Assembly (NCBI GenBank): GCA_964016885.1
Contig: OZ024740.1
Location: 94,116,001-94,180,000, forward strand
DNA: 64,000 nucleotides
Direction: 5' to 3'
Source of the DNA: Eledone cirrhosa
Taxonomy: Eukaryota
Within the stretch, counting starts at the first letter, position 1; each line of letters opens with the position of its first letter. The position numbers and the translations under genes are program-made. The notes under the pieces are model-generated. The model saw only the letters and a program-made list of their open reading frames with translations, made no database searches and was not told the origin of the DNA. Positions 30,932-49,816 of the stretch are shown piece after piece.

Positions 30932-31004
30932 TAGATAGTAAAATAGAACTTGCGATGTTTGTAAACAAAGATAATTTTCAAGACAACGCTAACCTCTGTG
31001 TCAT

Positions 31005-31099
<95 letters not shown>

Positions 31100-31100
31100 C

Positions 31101-31145
<45 letters not shown>

Positions 31146-31369
31146 AGCATTGGGGCTCTGGAATTGCGATATATATATGAATGTATATATAGTGTATTTT
31201 GCAATACACTGCATGCTTAATTAAAAGCATTTCGAAACCTTACGCTATTGTTTTAGAGTAGTGACATTCTCACTTACTTCAATTTTCAGCAAATAATGTT
31301 CAGCTTTGATAAGTACCAAAAAGTACGAAATAGAGCTCTGTCAGCGTTATCTCCCCTGTTTGCTGAAAA

Positions 31370-33367
31370 CACCGTGTAACAAAAATTATTGTTTTCTTTG
31401 TTCCTGGCTTGTAATCACCTTTTTTGTGTTGCTTAGTTCCCAAATAAATAAAAAGTGCTATTAAACAGCTAAACGTTTGGGTTTGTAAACATTCTAAGCT
31501 ATTCACTAGAATTATTTGTATGCTTGATTTTACGTTGTATTTATGTTTAATTTGCTTATGTTAAATGATTCTTTTAATATATGTTTCTGGTTAAATTAAA
31601 ATTATGAAATGAAAGAGAAATACCTAAAGAAAATTATAATAGTGCAATAAAGTATAAAATTGTTAAAAAGTGGATTAAAGAGATTTATTGATACTGGACT
31701 TTCGCACCCTGAATAAAGTGTAAGTTGTGTTTTAAGCACGAATTTTCATTAGTATGATTAGTGTTCTTTTATAGTATTTAAATATGCATTTCCCTTTCTA
31801 ATATTTATTTTGTATTGCATATCAAATTTATTTTCCAAGACAAGTATTCTGATGAAGAGGGGGAAATGGATGCTGAGGACTTGGATTACCTGCATGAGGT
31901 ACCAGGAAAAGTGCCTCACTTCCCAAACCAAAAAGAAGTAAATGACTTGGTCAGTGATATGGGTCTGACCAATCCCATGCAGAGCTATTCGTCTCCAGGA
32001 TGAAGCAGTGGAACTTGGTCAAGGATGAAATGCAGGTGACAAGTCAGAGAAGTCGACACGCACCTTTCTCAGGCTTTTACACTTTTAGGTATGGCCCCTG
32101 CTTGTGCCATGACGTGCCTGGACTGTTTGACGTTATTGGGGTGCCATTTGTACCCAACGAGTGGCAGCTATTTATAGACAGCTCCACCACAAGTTTGAAG
32201 GCTGTCCTCCTCCACAATGGAAACAAGTTCCCGACACTGCCCCTAACTCATTCAGTCTGCCTGATGGAAGAATACTACAGTGTGAAAGTCCTCTTAGAAG
32301 CTCTGCAATACAACCAGTACATTTGGGAAATCATTGGATACTTCAAGATGGTGGGGTTCCTGCTTGGACTCCAATGAGGTTTTATCATATTCCAATGCTT
32401 CCTTCTGCCTTTGGGACAGCAGAGCCACATCTCACCACTACAAAAGAAAGAACTGGGAGCAGCGAACATCATTTCTAGTGGGGAACCGACACGTCATATG
32501 GGAGCCACTGGTTTATACCAGGATTGTGCTCATGCCACCACTGCACATTAAGTTGGGGTTGATGAAGCAGTTTGTGAAGGCTTTCAACCAAGAATCAGCC
32601 GCTTTTAAGTACCTTCTTGAGTTCTTCCCCAAGTTATCTGATGCCAAAATCAAAGGTGGAATTTTTGTTGAACCTCAGATAAGAAGGTGTTTGAGTCTAC
32701 TGAGTTCTCCCATAAGCTCAATAGGATTGAGAGAACAGCATGGAACTGATTCAAGGCAGTTGTTAAGGACTTCCTGGGCAACTACAGAGCTGAAAACTAC
32801 CAGCAACTGGTGCAGTATCTGATAAAGGCTTTTGGCTCCATGGGATGCAGGATGTCGCCTAAACTCCATATGCTGGACGCTCAGCTGTAAACATTCAAGA
32901 ACAATATGGGCGCCTACTCAGAAGATCAAGGCGAACGATTCCACCAAGATGTGAATGAGATAGAGCGGAGGTATCAGAGCCACTACAATGAAAATATGAT
33001 TGGGGACTATATCTGGGGGCTAGTGCGGGAATGCGACCTGGACTACAACCGCAAATCCAGGAAATCCAGTCATTTCTGACGTGAATAAGTTGCTTTATAA
33101 GTGTTATTTGTTTTTACTTGTTTGCTTTTGATAAGCTTGTGTAATAAATTAAATATATATTCTGTTGATTTAATTATATAAACTGATAAATAAAAATAAA
33201 AAAAATGTGTTTTTTCATGGAAAATATGAAAATTTCGAAATATCAAACTCCTGACCACAAACGAAAACTTCTGATTAAATAATAGTGTTTTTTAAAAATA
33301 ATAGTGGGATATAACAAACCAGTAAATGACACTTAGAACCGGGGAACAAAAAATATATTACACTGTG
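31370..33367 (+). mobile_element. Chapaev3-like (CMC) DNA transposon, decayed
   Basis: Ends caccgtgtaac..tttgttcc / ggaacaaa..ttacactgtg, AAA on both flanks (3-bp TSD). Confidence 0.8.
31838..33083 (+). pseudogene. Chapaev3-type transposase, frameshifted
   Basis: EWQLFIDSS..SLKAVLLHNGN, CLWDSRA, PPLHIKLGLMKQFVKA, KIKGGIFV, KLHML..MGAYSEDQGERFHQD..RRYQ..MIGDYIW. Confidence 0.85.
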
Positions 33368-33399
33368 AAATTGAGGTAAGTAGTATATCAATGTATATA

Positions 33400-36300
33400 T
33401 AGAATATTTTAGTATCGTGAGAGAGTAGAGGTTTAGAGGGATAGAAGATACATATAGTTAGTTGCCATAAGCTGGTGCATTTGTGCTCAATACTTGTGCT
33501 TACAGGGTTAAATATTGGAAGCGTTAATATTTAGTGGGCGAGAATATAAGCAGAGCGGTTACAAGTTAAAGGATTACAAAGGAGAATACAGACTGTTAGA
33601 ACATGTTTATACAAAAGCACCTACGTACGTTTCGCCAGAAAAGGGCTTCTCAAGTGCATACAAATCTAGAGAGTGTTCAGTACAGGACCCAGAAAGGCTT
33701 TTAAGATGATAATCACATCAATGTTCATTCTTGATTCAAACAGACATGGTTGTTATTGTCACAGAGTACGGGGAGTAACTCTGGTCGGTGTTTGAATAAA
33801 TGTCACTAAATGGCTTATCATCCGTTTACATCATGGTTGTTTTCCACTATTATTTTATGGATGCCACTTTCCTACTGCCGAGTCAGGACGGATCTGAGAG
33901 GCATAGTTGGTGTTCAGATGTTTAGTTATGCAACCTACCCGACGGCGCATTATGGTTTGGTGCAGGGGCACTCAGTTTATGGTGTCCAGGTCTCAACAGG
34001 GGTCCAACCATAGAATGACTGCTGTATTCTGTGTCTGCAGTTTATCACAGATTCTGCTCTGATATTGATGAGCTCTAGGGGTGCTCTTAAGATATGGTAA
34101 AGTTCCACGAGGCAAAGCTGGCACTTCCTCTTGAAGTTGTACGGTGTTTCCCTGCTGAAAATTTCCCAGTATGTGGTGAAGCTAATGGTGGTGTATTTTA
34201 ATGTGGTAATGTAGTTGGTGAGTGATGTGGAGTCTCTTAGCTTCTTGTTTCTAAAAGAGTGGGTGATGTTTTCAAAATCCAGTTTTGAACGAGCCAGAGG
34301 TGGCCCCTATATAATGCTTGACGCCATTATGGCTAGTTACGGTGCACCTATAAATAACATTATCTGTCAGGCAACTTCCCCTGAGTGGACAGCTTCCCTG
34401 GTCTCGACAGTTGCAGTGTTGGCCACGGTCGCCGCGCCTGCGGTGGTTCCTAGTGCTTGCAGTAAGACCATTACAATCACTATCTAGTTATTATCCAAGT
34501 CACCGCCACTATCTCCGTAGTTAGTCCTATTATATGCTATGGCGCGCGGGGTAGTACCGTTATTACCGTGCATGCCACAGCGCCTCCTGTTGCCGCCTCG
34601 CGACCCGTACAGGTCACCAGCATGCTCCCCAGTCTCGCCGCGGTTGTGTCGGTTGCGTCAGTTGGAGCTGCCGCCAACACTGTCTGGTGTTGCTAGGGAA
34701 ACGTTAAGGCTATTAGGGTTGCTGTCAAGTCTAGACCTATAGCTGCTATGTTGCCGTGTTTAGGTGAGCTTACTGTAATTAGTTGTCCCTATGATGTCTG
34801 CTAGATTAGGTGTAGTGGAGAAGGATATTTTTATATTTTTCTTATTGGGGATTGTCCTGTACTTATGGTTTGGTGGGAAGTTCTTCTCTAAGGCTTCGAA
34901 GAATATCCTAGGTAAGTCAGAGACCACTCTCCGGGAGTAGGGAGGATAGAAACATAGGACATTACTTTGGCGGTTACGCATAGTTGTTGGCTCACTAGGG
35001 GTCGTGTTGACTAGGTAACCGTTCTTATTGTTGCTACTGTGCTGCAGCCTACTGCGCCTCCCCTTCGCTTTATGCTCGTGTGAACTCGCCTTCCTTGCGT
35101 TACGTTTACGTGTAGCTAAACGCCGGTTGGAGGGTGTAGGTAATAGGCCATCGCTATTGTTAATATTATAGGTAAGGGATAATTCTAGTAGGCTACAGCA
35201 GCTACCGTTGCCCCTATCGTGACCCTGTATTATGCGGTAGGCCTTCTACACCACCACCCAGGTAGTTAACTCTACGGCCGTGTTTCTTAGTGCGATTCTC
35301 TATACTATAGTTATTAACTCTATGATCACCCCTGCGTACTCGGTTATAGGTATGGCTTACTATAACATTAGTCCTATGATGGGCGTGATTTCTAGAGTCA
35401 GCGTTAAGGAGGTAGGAGATTATTCGGTTATATCCGGCATCGACCACGGCTTTATTGTAGTAATCAGCAGCTTCGTTGAAGATGTCCTCGTTGGTGGGAA
35501 GCCTCGAGATCCTATGTGTTATGCTATATACTATGGAGTTGAGAGTAGACATAGGTTGGTTGGATGCATACTTAATATATGATAGAATCTCGCCGGGCCT
35601 ATGGTATGGCTTGTAAAGGCCAGTACCCAACTCCAGGGTCACGTACAGGAAGTTGACTATCTGCTGGTTGAGGTCTATAGTTACGGATAGGCCGTATGAT
35701 TTGAAGAACCTGTGTATGCTCTTGTTAAGGTTCTCTATCCTGCGGGGGCTATGATTCCTAACGGTAAATAGGGAGTCGTCCCTATATACACCTCCTTCTA
35801 AACCGGGATATTGTCCCCAAGTATATGGAGGAGGTATATTCCAACAAGGTCGGTCGCATGCGCCGAGTCACTAGACCCCATCGTGATATCGAAGTTATCA
35901 GGGCGGTTGGTTCTGGTCCAATGGGAACCCTCGAAATGGATAAAAGTTATGCGCGCTGCTAGTACTATATCTATCTCTTTTTTAGTGAGGCTAGTGTTAG
36001 ATCTAGCTAAAATAAGGGCCTTGTTTAAGAGTATGGGTTAGATAGAGGCATAGTAGCTGTCTATGTCAAATATATGAACTTTAGGGTTGTCTTATTGGGC
36101 AACTCGGTGAATCAATTAATGACCTGGTCGGTGTTGTTCCAGAGTCATACCTTAGCTTTGCTATTAAGTTCAAGTATTACTCTATTGAGGATCACTTTAC
36201 TTATCTTACCTATATCTGGTGTAGAGGGACATATTAATCTAATAGAGGGTCTTTCATAAAAATTACATGTGTGATTCTTAAGAGAGAATGTAGGTGTCAT

Positions 36301-37220
36301 AGGGACATATGGGTTAGTGTACTTATCTATGCCTAAGCTAGTCACTATATCACTCCCTACTCTATTAATGTCATGTAATGCACTAACGGGTGTTTTTTTA
36401 TAATGTTTGTGTAATTCGTTATAAATGAATTGATTGAAATTGCTCACGTCCATCTAATACAGCTTCTTAATTTTGTCAGAGATAACGAAGAGGTGTGGGT
36501 CATTCTTGATCTTAGTGATGAGCGCGTCCAGGGATGTTAAGAATGGATTACTGCATCGGCGTTTGTTCTTAAACTTAATGTTTCTGATGAATTTGAGTAG
36601 GTCCTCCTCAAAGGAGTCAAGCAAGGTGTTGTATGGTGGGTTTCGGTACGTTTTGAAGCCGTATCTCTCCTTAGGTTCTGGAAGGTTACGGGTGCCCTTA
36701 TCTAGGTGGTAGGCCTTCTATCTTCCTCTCCTTTTAAACGATTTAGTCGCATCGATAAGTTGCTTGAGGTATGTTTTGCTACTAGGTAAGGGGATACACT
36801 TGGGTAACGGTTGATCCTCCAACATGATGGCAAATAAGGTAAAGTGCTCTACTGGAAGGAGCACGGTAATATAATTTTTTAGTATCGTGAGAGAGTAGAA
36901 GTTTAAAGGGATAAGCGATACATATAGATATTTGCCAAACGCTGGTGCATTTGTGTTCAATACTTGTGCCTACAGGGTTAAATATCGGAAGCGTTAATAT
37001 TAATTGGGCAATAATATAATCAGAACGGTTACAAATGAAAGGATTGCAAAGGAGTTTACATACTGTTAGAACATGTTTAGACTTCGATGTGATTATCAAC
37101 TTAAAACCCGTTCTGGGTTCTGTACTGAACACTCTCTAGATTTGTATGCCCTTGTGAAGCCCTTTTCGGGCCAAACGTACGTAGGTGCTTTTGTATAAAC
37201 ATGTACTAACAGTATGTATT
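33400..37220 (-). mobile_element. Full-length decayed Hydra-type PLE with direct pLTRs and an inverted 5' partial pLTR
   Basis: ORF remnants from about 36825 (MLEDQPLPKCIPLP) through RLICPSTPDIGKISK, MGSSDSA, GVYRDDSL to GIY-YIG near 34000; 33405-33612 matches 36878-37082; 37086-37220 is inverted. Confidence 0.88.
33617..33657 (-). ncRNA. Minimal hammerhead, U3-A8 core; mutated inverted copy at 37148-37188 (+)
   Basis: gcac-TTGAGAA-gccc ttttc tggc-GAAA-cgtacg-TA-ggtgc. Confidence 0.7.
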
Positions 37221-37233
37221 CACCTTTGTAATC

Positions 37234-37288
<55 letters not shown>

Positions 37289-37379
37289 AAGGCAGGTAAA
37301 ATTCCCGAGATCCATGGACGAGTTCTCTCCAGCGGTCTCTGTCCCTCATTATCGCTGCCATATCCTGCATCTCCAACAG

Positions 37380-37573
37380 ACCAGTGTCTGTCGTTAGGGC
37401 ATCAACATACGTTAACCAGAGCTGTATGGGAGCATCCCAAAAGTCAGCTCAAAAGTGACACAGAGGAGACTGAGGTTGGCTGGACATGCTCACCGACATC
37501 CAGAGTTGACATTGCACTCAGTGCTCCTTTGGGAGCCCCTACATGGACATACTAGAAGAGGAAGACCAAGGTT

Positions 37574-37576
<3 letters not shown>
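37380..37576 (+). mobile_element. RTE-clade LINE 3' fragment
   Basis: QRRLRLAGHAHRH..VLLWEP..RRGRPRLT. Confidence 0.75.
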
Positions 37577-37631
<55 letters not shown>

Positions 37632-37678
37632 CATGTACTCAACGGCCAAAGCTGAGCGGTCGGGTGGTTCTCGACTCT

Positions 37679-37718
<40 letters not shown>

Positions 37719-38239
37719 CTTGTAAATGTATTATAAATGATGATTTTTGTCGATATTTTCACCAAAAATATAAAGCTATAATTTCAATTATTGTATGAGA
37801 TACAGTTTTTACATTTTCAAGTTAATAAACGGCGGTTATACTTGAGTACGACCTTGGTTTCGTCAAACATATCGAACTTAGTAAAACGGTTTGAAGCTTG
37901 TTAGCGAGCTCTTGTTCGCCGCACTGATATATGCGACGTGCATCAGGATTATTCTGCTAACACCTTCTATTAAAAAAGTGTTATCTTACTGAGAAGGAAG
38001 TAGAATAAACTTTTTATGATATGACATGTATTGAGACTACATGCAGTGTGTCTACATGCCTAACCCCTATTTGAAGAGAGAACACCTTATTAGCACAACA
38101 ATGTCTGATATGCAAAAATTAAGTGAATTCTGAAGGAAATGACCTACTTGAACGCCAATATATATTTTAATTTATTTAGCGTCATTGCGAAAGGCTACCG
38201 AAATGACCCATGTGTGAACGTCAAATGAGTGATAGTTTG

Positions 38240-38525
38240 TATTGGTGGATTGGTAGTATCGGCAGAGAGTCGGACGCCACGCACTGGGATAATTGCTGGT
38301 CTTGTTCAAAAAGTAGAAACAATTATTATCATTGATTGGCAGTATCGGTAGACAGTCGGGCGCCATGCTTTGACGCATAGAGTTACGGCCCTTTCCATTC
38401 TGAGTTCAAATCCCGCCAAGGTTAACTGCCTTTCATCCTTAAAGGGTCGATAAAATAAAGTACCAGTAATGCACTGGGTAATTTCTGGCCTTGTGCCAAA
38501 AGTAGAAACAATTATTATTATTATT
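38240..38525 (+). mobile_element. SINE (octopus-type), partial plus full tandem copies
   Basis: Same family as 21645-21835. Confidence 0.75.
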
Positions 38526-38589
38526 CTTTGAGTCACAGTCATTGAGGTTATTTAAATGGAAAGTGTGTTCAAATAAACATCAAGCTACT

Positions 38590-38950
38590 ACCTGCAGCCT
38601 CAGATATTCAGAGCTAATCGGAGGTTTCTTGCTGTTCCCAGCAAGCATGTTTTTTCAAGTGTTCAAAAAAAAAAGGGCTGGACTAATCTTCTTTAACCAT
38701 CCTTGAAAGCTCTTTGAGATAGAACCTAGTGCACCTATGACAACTGGGACGACCTTGCTCTCATGACAGTTCCAATCCTTTTTAACTCCCACTTTAAATC
38801 CTAGTATCGGTTAATTTTCCCCTTCTTGTTTTCTTGCACTCTCGTGTCAAAAGTGCAGGCTACATCTACAATCAGGCACAATTATTTTGTATTATTACTA
38901 CTATTATTATTGGTCTGTTCGGACGTCTTTTGCTCGCTCCCAGTAAGTCT
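38590..38950 (-). mobile_element. 3' fragment of an RLE-type (R4/Dong-like) non-LTR element
   Basis: RPNRPIIIV..CLIVDVAC..VVPVVIGALGSI..KTCLLGTARNLR. Confidence 0.7.
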
Positions 38951-39069
38951 ATTTATTTACCTGTTATAATCATTTGTTGTTAAATCTTTCTTGTTGTGTA
39001 AGGGATATAAGCCCTTGGAATTTGCCCTGTGAAGGGGAAAGTATAATATTTGGGCCTTTTGGCCCAAAT

Positions 39070-41295
39070 ACTTGAACATTTTACTTTTAAAAATTGTCAA
39101 TAAAAACATGCCTGAGCCACGCCCCCAGCAATGTCTCCTGTCGCGTGACAACGGCATAACATTTGAGACGAGTGTTACAGAAATTGATATAACAAACACC
39201 AACACAAACAACGTAAACATAGACAGCAATGACAACAACACTGAGAACACTAATTTAATAATAATTACCACACCAACTACAACAGTAACAGAGACAACCA
39301 AAATACAGACAACAGGAAAAAATGACAACAAATACAACAAGGATATTAACACGACTAACAAGAAAATAAACAACGACAACATCAACAGCAACAATACTAT
39401 TGCACCGAGAACAACAACAACAGTGGCACCAAAAACACCAACTTCAACAGTGATAACAGCAACAACACGGACAACACCGTTTGTAGCAACAGCAACAGCA
39501 CCAACAACAAAACCAGTAGCAGCAGTAGCGGTGCCGCTGAAAAAGGGGCCACTTTTTCGCAGGTGTGGCCCGAAATATAGAAGCAGTGCTAGTTTACGGA
39601 GGAGGAGGTGGCAGTCGCAAGGGCCATGGTGACAAGAAATGACAATATAGTTTCCCTGAAACCTCTACTCGATTCTTTCAAGGAACAGCAGCAACGGACG
39701 GTGACTTATCGCATCGTAAGCTAAATATCACATCGGGTGGGGAGAGCCAAGGAGGCTCAAATTCAAAAGGCCTTGGGATGCGTCTGGGCGCGCAAATCCC
39801 ACATCGCCCGAGGCAAAAAGTATCACACAGTAGATGTACTTTTCGCCACCCCCGAAAAGGCGAAGTGTCACTCCTTGGAAACCCTAAAGAGTGAGATGCC
39901 CCCCTACTGCCGGCAGAAAATTGTGAGAGTTAAAGTGACCCAGGTCCCGCCTGACGTGCCCCTCCCTTGGCTGGCCACGTCTGTCCTTGCTGGAATCGTG
40001 CACAGGACCACCATAGTGCAAATACAGAGAATGGCAAGAGAGTTCTGGTCAGGCATAGGCATACAAATGCTAATACAACCTGACCAGTATTCTATCGAGG
40101 CCCTACCGGATATCATAGATCTCGCGAAGGATTCCAACTCCCTATAAGCGTGGAAAGAAGGCACACAATGTGCTAACTCTGTGGGCAAAAGGGTAACCTC
40201 AGGGCATTTTTGCCCGCAGAAGACAGCCAAATAAGCCCACCCACCTCCTTCCGACGCCTGATCAGCTGCCACCAAGAGCAGGGCAGGCAACATATGCAGA
40301 AGAACCTTCCACGGTGAGTAGGAGGGCAACGTCCGTGGAACCCATACGGAGTTCACGGACAACTATAGCAGCGGCAGCAGTGGCGGTAACACCAGTAGGG
40401 ACATTTTCAGGAGCTGCACAAGCAACAAAATCGCCGGAGTGTGCTGTACTACCACCATCAACAGCCGTGGAGCACATACCCCTCCCAGACCCCACGGAAT
40501 CCGACATGTAGAATGAGGCGGGATTGACGTGGCAAAAAGTCTACCTCAAAAGACAAAAGCCAAAGGACCATGTAGCTTCGCCCTCCAAAAGCGAGGCAAA
40601 CAAAGAAGGGTAATGGCCGCAAGGCGACTTGCAGCAACGCCGCCACCATCACCACCACAATCATCACCACCAATAATAATCGCACCACCACCAGCATCAC
40701 CTCAAGTAGCAACATCGCACACACAACAAAGTGTACACCCTCAACGGCAACAACAAGAAAACAGCAACAAATCAACCCCTCCCACAAAAAGGTACACAGC
40801 CGTTAACATTGCACACACAGGATTAATGGAACATATAAAACAGCACATCGATATTTCAGGCGTAAGTATACACACCCCACCAACATCAAGAACATTACCA
40901 AGATCATTACCAACACATATTAACATTATGGGAATTGAACTCGAAGAGAATCTATACAGATATCATCTTGGAGACACCCAGCCGAATGGACGATTCTACT
41001 TTCCCTACCCCACACGATCAAGATAAGAGATCTTTTCTCACCCACCATGTTCTTCACCCAGCATAGCAGTACTTAAAAAAGGCAGTATAAATGTACGTGG
41101 CCTGGGGTCATCTTGGATGCAGTGTCACCTGTTCAACAACCTCAGGTCACTAAACATATAAGTGGTGGCCATCAGCGAGATCAGAATCTCCGAAGTACGA
41201 GCCTTCGCACCCTCTTCAGCGGCTACGATGCATACGCATCTCCAAGCCGTCCAGGATCGGGGGTCGGAGTTGCTGTGCTTTTTTGGAGAGTTATA
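39070..41295 (+). mobile_element. L1/Tx1-like LINE 5' part: decayed gag-like ORF1 and start of APE endonuclease
   Basis: VRVKVTQVPPDVP; zinc-knuckle remnant C*LCGQKGNLRAFCP near 40168; GSINVRGL..AISE..GYDAYAS..GSGVGVAVLF near 41075-41285; 5' boundary uncertain. Confidence 0.7.
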
Positions 41296-41304
41296 GCACC
41301 TTAT

Positions 41305-41650
41305 GTTCTCAGTTCAAACCCCACCGACGCTAGCTTTGCCTTTCATCCTTAAGGGGTTGATAAAATAAAGCACCAGTAATACACAGTGCTTGATTTAGTT
41401 GACTTCGACCTGCTCCCCCCCAAAAATAAAAATTGCTGGTAATCTCCTTATATAAGAAACGATGGCAGTATCGGTAGAGGGTTGGAATGCAATGCGCTGC
41501 AGCATCAAATTACCACCATTTACGTTCTGAGTTCATATCCCGCCGAGATTAACTTTGCTTTTCATCCTTATGAGGTCGATAAAATAAAGTACCAGTAATA
41601 CACTGAGATAATTGGTAGCTTTCTGCCAAAAGTATAAACAAATATTATTA
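41305..41650 (+). mobile_element. Two SINE copies truncating the LINE
   Basis: agttcaaacccca..ctttgcctttcatcctt..gataaaataa and a second copy at 41462-41650. Confidence 0.7.
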
Positions 41651-42231
41651 TTTTATTATTATTATTTTTTTTTTTTTTTGCAGAATGGCATATTGTTCGT
41701 AATACATTTTTTTTTTGTTACTACACACATGCTCATCATTTCTAAACATGCCTTATTTTATTAATAATTAGGTGATATTTCTATTGTCCATAAAGTTGAC
41801 ACACTTGCCTAATACTTTTCTAAATGTGAATATATCTACATGAAGTAAAGCCTGTTACTTTACTTTTTGTGTAAATGATGTCCAGGTGCTAAATTAAAAG
41901 CAGTAGAAGTATAATAGCGTTTTTGCTGGATAAGATACAATGACGAAATATTAATGTGATGTACGACAATCGATTACGGAGAACATTTCGGTATGTAAAT
42001 ATTAATGAACTAGTTGCGAATATATGACACACTTAATGGATCTATAAGGGACATCTCAATATATAGTGCCATTTTGCAGCCGATTACAATCTAGGTATCA
42101 TATATATGTATATAAGTGTGGGAGAAAGAGAAAGTGGAGTATACAGCAGAAGACAATATTGTTCAAAGACAATATAGCTAAATGAACGGGAAGTAAATTT
42201 GATACCACACAATAATTCCCATATGACCACC

Positions 42232-42560
42232 AGCCGTTGAAGGCGCTTTGGGTTAGAGCGTTAGGCTTGCAATTCATAGATTGTGTGTTCGATTCTCGGA
42301 CCGGGAGATGCGTTGTGACCTTTAGTAAACCACTTTATTTTACACCAGTTCATTCAGTTGCACAGTTACTTGTGCCAGGTTGTATCGTCCATTGCCTCTC
42401 CCTTGGACAACATCGGTTGCGTAGGAGGGGATACCGGTGTGCATGGGCGGCTGTTTGTCTACTCCAAAGAAATCTTGCCCAAGCTTGTTCCTCAGACGGA
42501 AAATTTCTTGGTGCAAAACAATGGAATGATTGGTGCCTCCCCACGTGAGGAATCACGCTT
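42232..42560 (+). mobile_element. tRNA-derived SINE, second family
   Basis: A-box-like ggttagagcg, B-box-like gttcgattc, followed by gttgtgacctttagtaaaccactttatt (CORE-like). Confidence 0.55.
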
Positions 42561-44196
42561 TACACTATCAAATGTATTGCGTGAAGCAAATTTCCGTGAT
42601 ATTGTTTTATGTTTAATAAAATACACACACCCTCGAGTATTTCAGCAGTAATCTAATTTTATAGCTCCTATATTGTCAATTTATATAGTTTTATATCTGT
42701 ATCTGAATTGAACTGGCATTTATAGATATATATCACCTTCAAATTAATATATTTCTCTACCCCATCATGTACGTTTGTTTCTTTGAGTTTTGTTTTGTCG
42801 ATTGTGTTTGTCGATAATTTTTGTCGTTTTTACTCAAATTATCGTTGTCTACTGATGCCATACCTGAAAGAAACTCTACAAGGTTTGATAAGAGCAATTA
42901 CCATTGTATTGTAGTTTAAGCATATATCGATACACTCTGAAGTAATAACTAATGCGATACAGGAATCAAAATAATATATTTTATTAAACGAAGATTATTC
43001 ACAACTATAATGAATTAGGAATAAGAGAAGCAATGTATACAATGGATCAATGATTTTCAGGAGTAAAATAACATCTTATACTGTATGAATTCAGGAAAAA
43101 TTATGGGTCAAACTGTTTCAGGACCGGATATGAAAGCACTTCAAAGAAAGATTAATTTCTTACACCTTCCAACTTTTGCAAACTAAATATCTATAAAATG
43201 AAATGAAACTATCGTAGAAAATGACGTAAAAATAAATCATTTGCTGTCTAGCAATAGATGTCAGGGTTGATTGCATATTAAAGTATTGTTGAAAGTGAAG
43301 GTGACATTTTGTTAGTCACTCTTACAGAATTGGATGTAGTAAAACGCACACACACGCATTCAGCCTCTGACATATACACACACTGTTACACAAAGACATA
43401 CGTAGAGAAAAGAATGAAATTACAAATGACTGTATGCAATCTTGTTTATTAAGAAAGTGATATAACCAATCAAATAGTAATACCTACTTGATAGAATTGT
43501 CAGCAATTTTAGACATTATAAAAGACTGACACGCGTTCTATTTCATAAGACATACTGTACTATTCCTTCTCACTAACTCTTCCTTCTTCTTCCGCCACAC
43601 TTAACATTGCGTACATCTATCATTGTATATGTCTTTATATATATTTATAAATTAGAGAAAGATCAATACCGAATTGCATGCAGACAGCCGTCGCGACGCA
43701 CTTGAAACACTCTTACGTACCCAAGCCAAGCTAGGCCCATTAAATTGCATACAAAAATAGAAATGACCAACTCCATCTATTCCACTAAAAATGCCTGAAA
43801 TATAAACACTACCATTACCTCCGTAGAACCACGAAATGTTGATATCTTAAGTAAATCAAATGTATACTCATATTCGTAATTTAAGTGCTCGCCTAGTTAC
43901 AAGTAAATAAACGTGAAGCAAAACCTCCTCTATATTTTACTTTGATATCATTGGCTATTTGCTCCCTGTTTTTTTTAGATAACTAACAAATAATTCGAGA
44001 CTTCGTTGGTAGATCTATGGAATTTGCCAATCGGTGAAATTGGACAATTCTTTAATCCGGGCGAGCTGATGCCAATTCTATGGAACTGTTGGCTGAGGGT
44101 CACAATAACCATGAGTTCGTGCGTGCACACACACACATATACACACACACACACATATACACACACATACACACACACACACACACAGACAGACAA

Positions 44197-44251
<55 letters not shown>

Positions 44252-44299
44252 GCATAATATAACTTGAACATTACATAAATGGATATTAAATATACTTGT

Positions 44300-44585
44300 C
44301 AATGTGCGGCTGGGTCCTTTATTTGCTGAGTTCTTTATTGTGTAGTCCAGTTATAAAACTTCCCAGGAGGTAAGAGATAATCTATGTGAGGGAAGACAAT
44401 TCTTATCCAATAACCTAAATAATGACATACAATGTTAGGGTAAATTAGGGTTTTGTGTGGTAGATTCTACCACATATAGTATCTATAACCTGGCCTTTTA
44501 GATTGGTCTATAGCGAGAGAAACGATTGGATTGTTATTAGTGGCCTCATTGGGTAGGTGTTCCGCAAATTAGAAGTCTGTGATTT
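44300..44585 (-). mobile_element. Highly decayed Hydra-type PLE linker fragment
   Basis: RYYMW*NLP and LFRLLDKNCLPSHRL resemble KYIWYNP..FFRIINRHFPDSHRY. Confidence 0.4.
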
Positions 44586-44690
44586 AATATGTTTAGATAT
44601 ATACACATTATAATGTTAAATTCACATGAAGGTTGTCCGATTATTATACCGATATTATATTTGATGAGATGTCTGGGTGTATGTGATTAT

Positions 44691-46909
<2,219 letters not shown>

Positions 46910-46914
46910 GTATA

Positions 46915-46947
<33 letters not shown>

Positions 46948-46954
46948 GTATATC

Positions 46955-47032
<78 letters not shown>

Positions 47033-47143
47033 TATGTTTAGATATATACATAGTATAATGTTAAATTGTCATGCAGGTTGTGTGATTATTATACCGATAT
47101 TATATTTGATGAGATGTCTGGGTGTATGTGTGTATTACATTAC

Positions 47144-49814
<2,671 letters not shown>

Positions 49815-49816
<2 letters not shown>

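Noticed and set aside
39072-39632. Mucin-like Thr/Asn-rich host protein
   Set aside because: Low-complexity (ACA)-rich leader contiguous with a decayed LINE ORF1
42232-42310. tRNA gene
   Set aside because: Only degenerate A/B boxes, no cloverleaf; continues into SINE body
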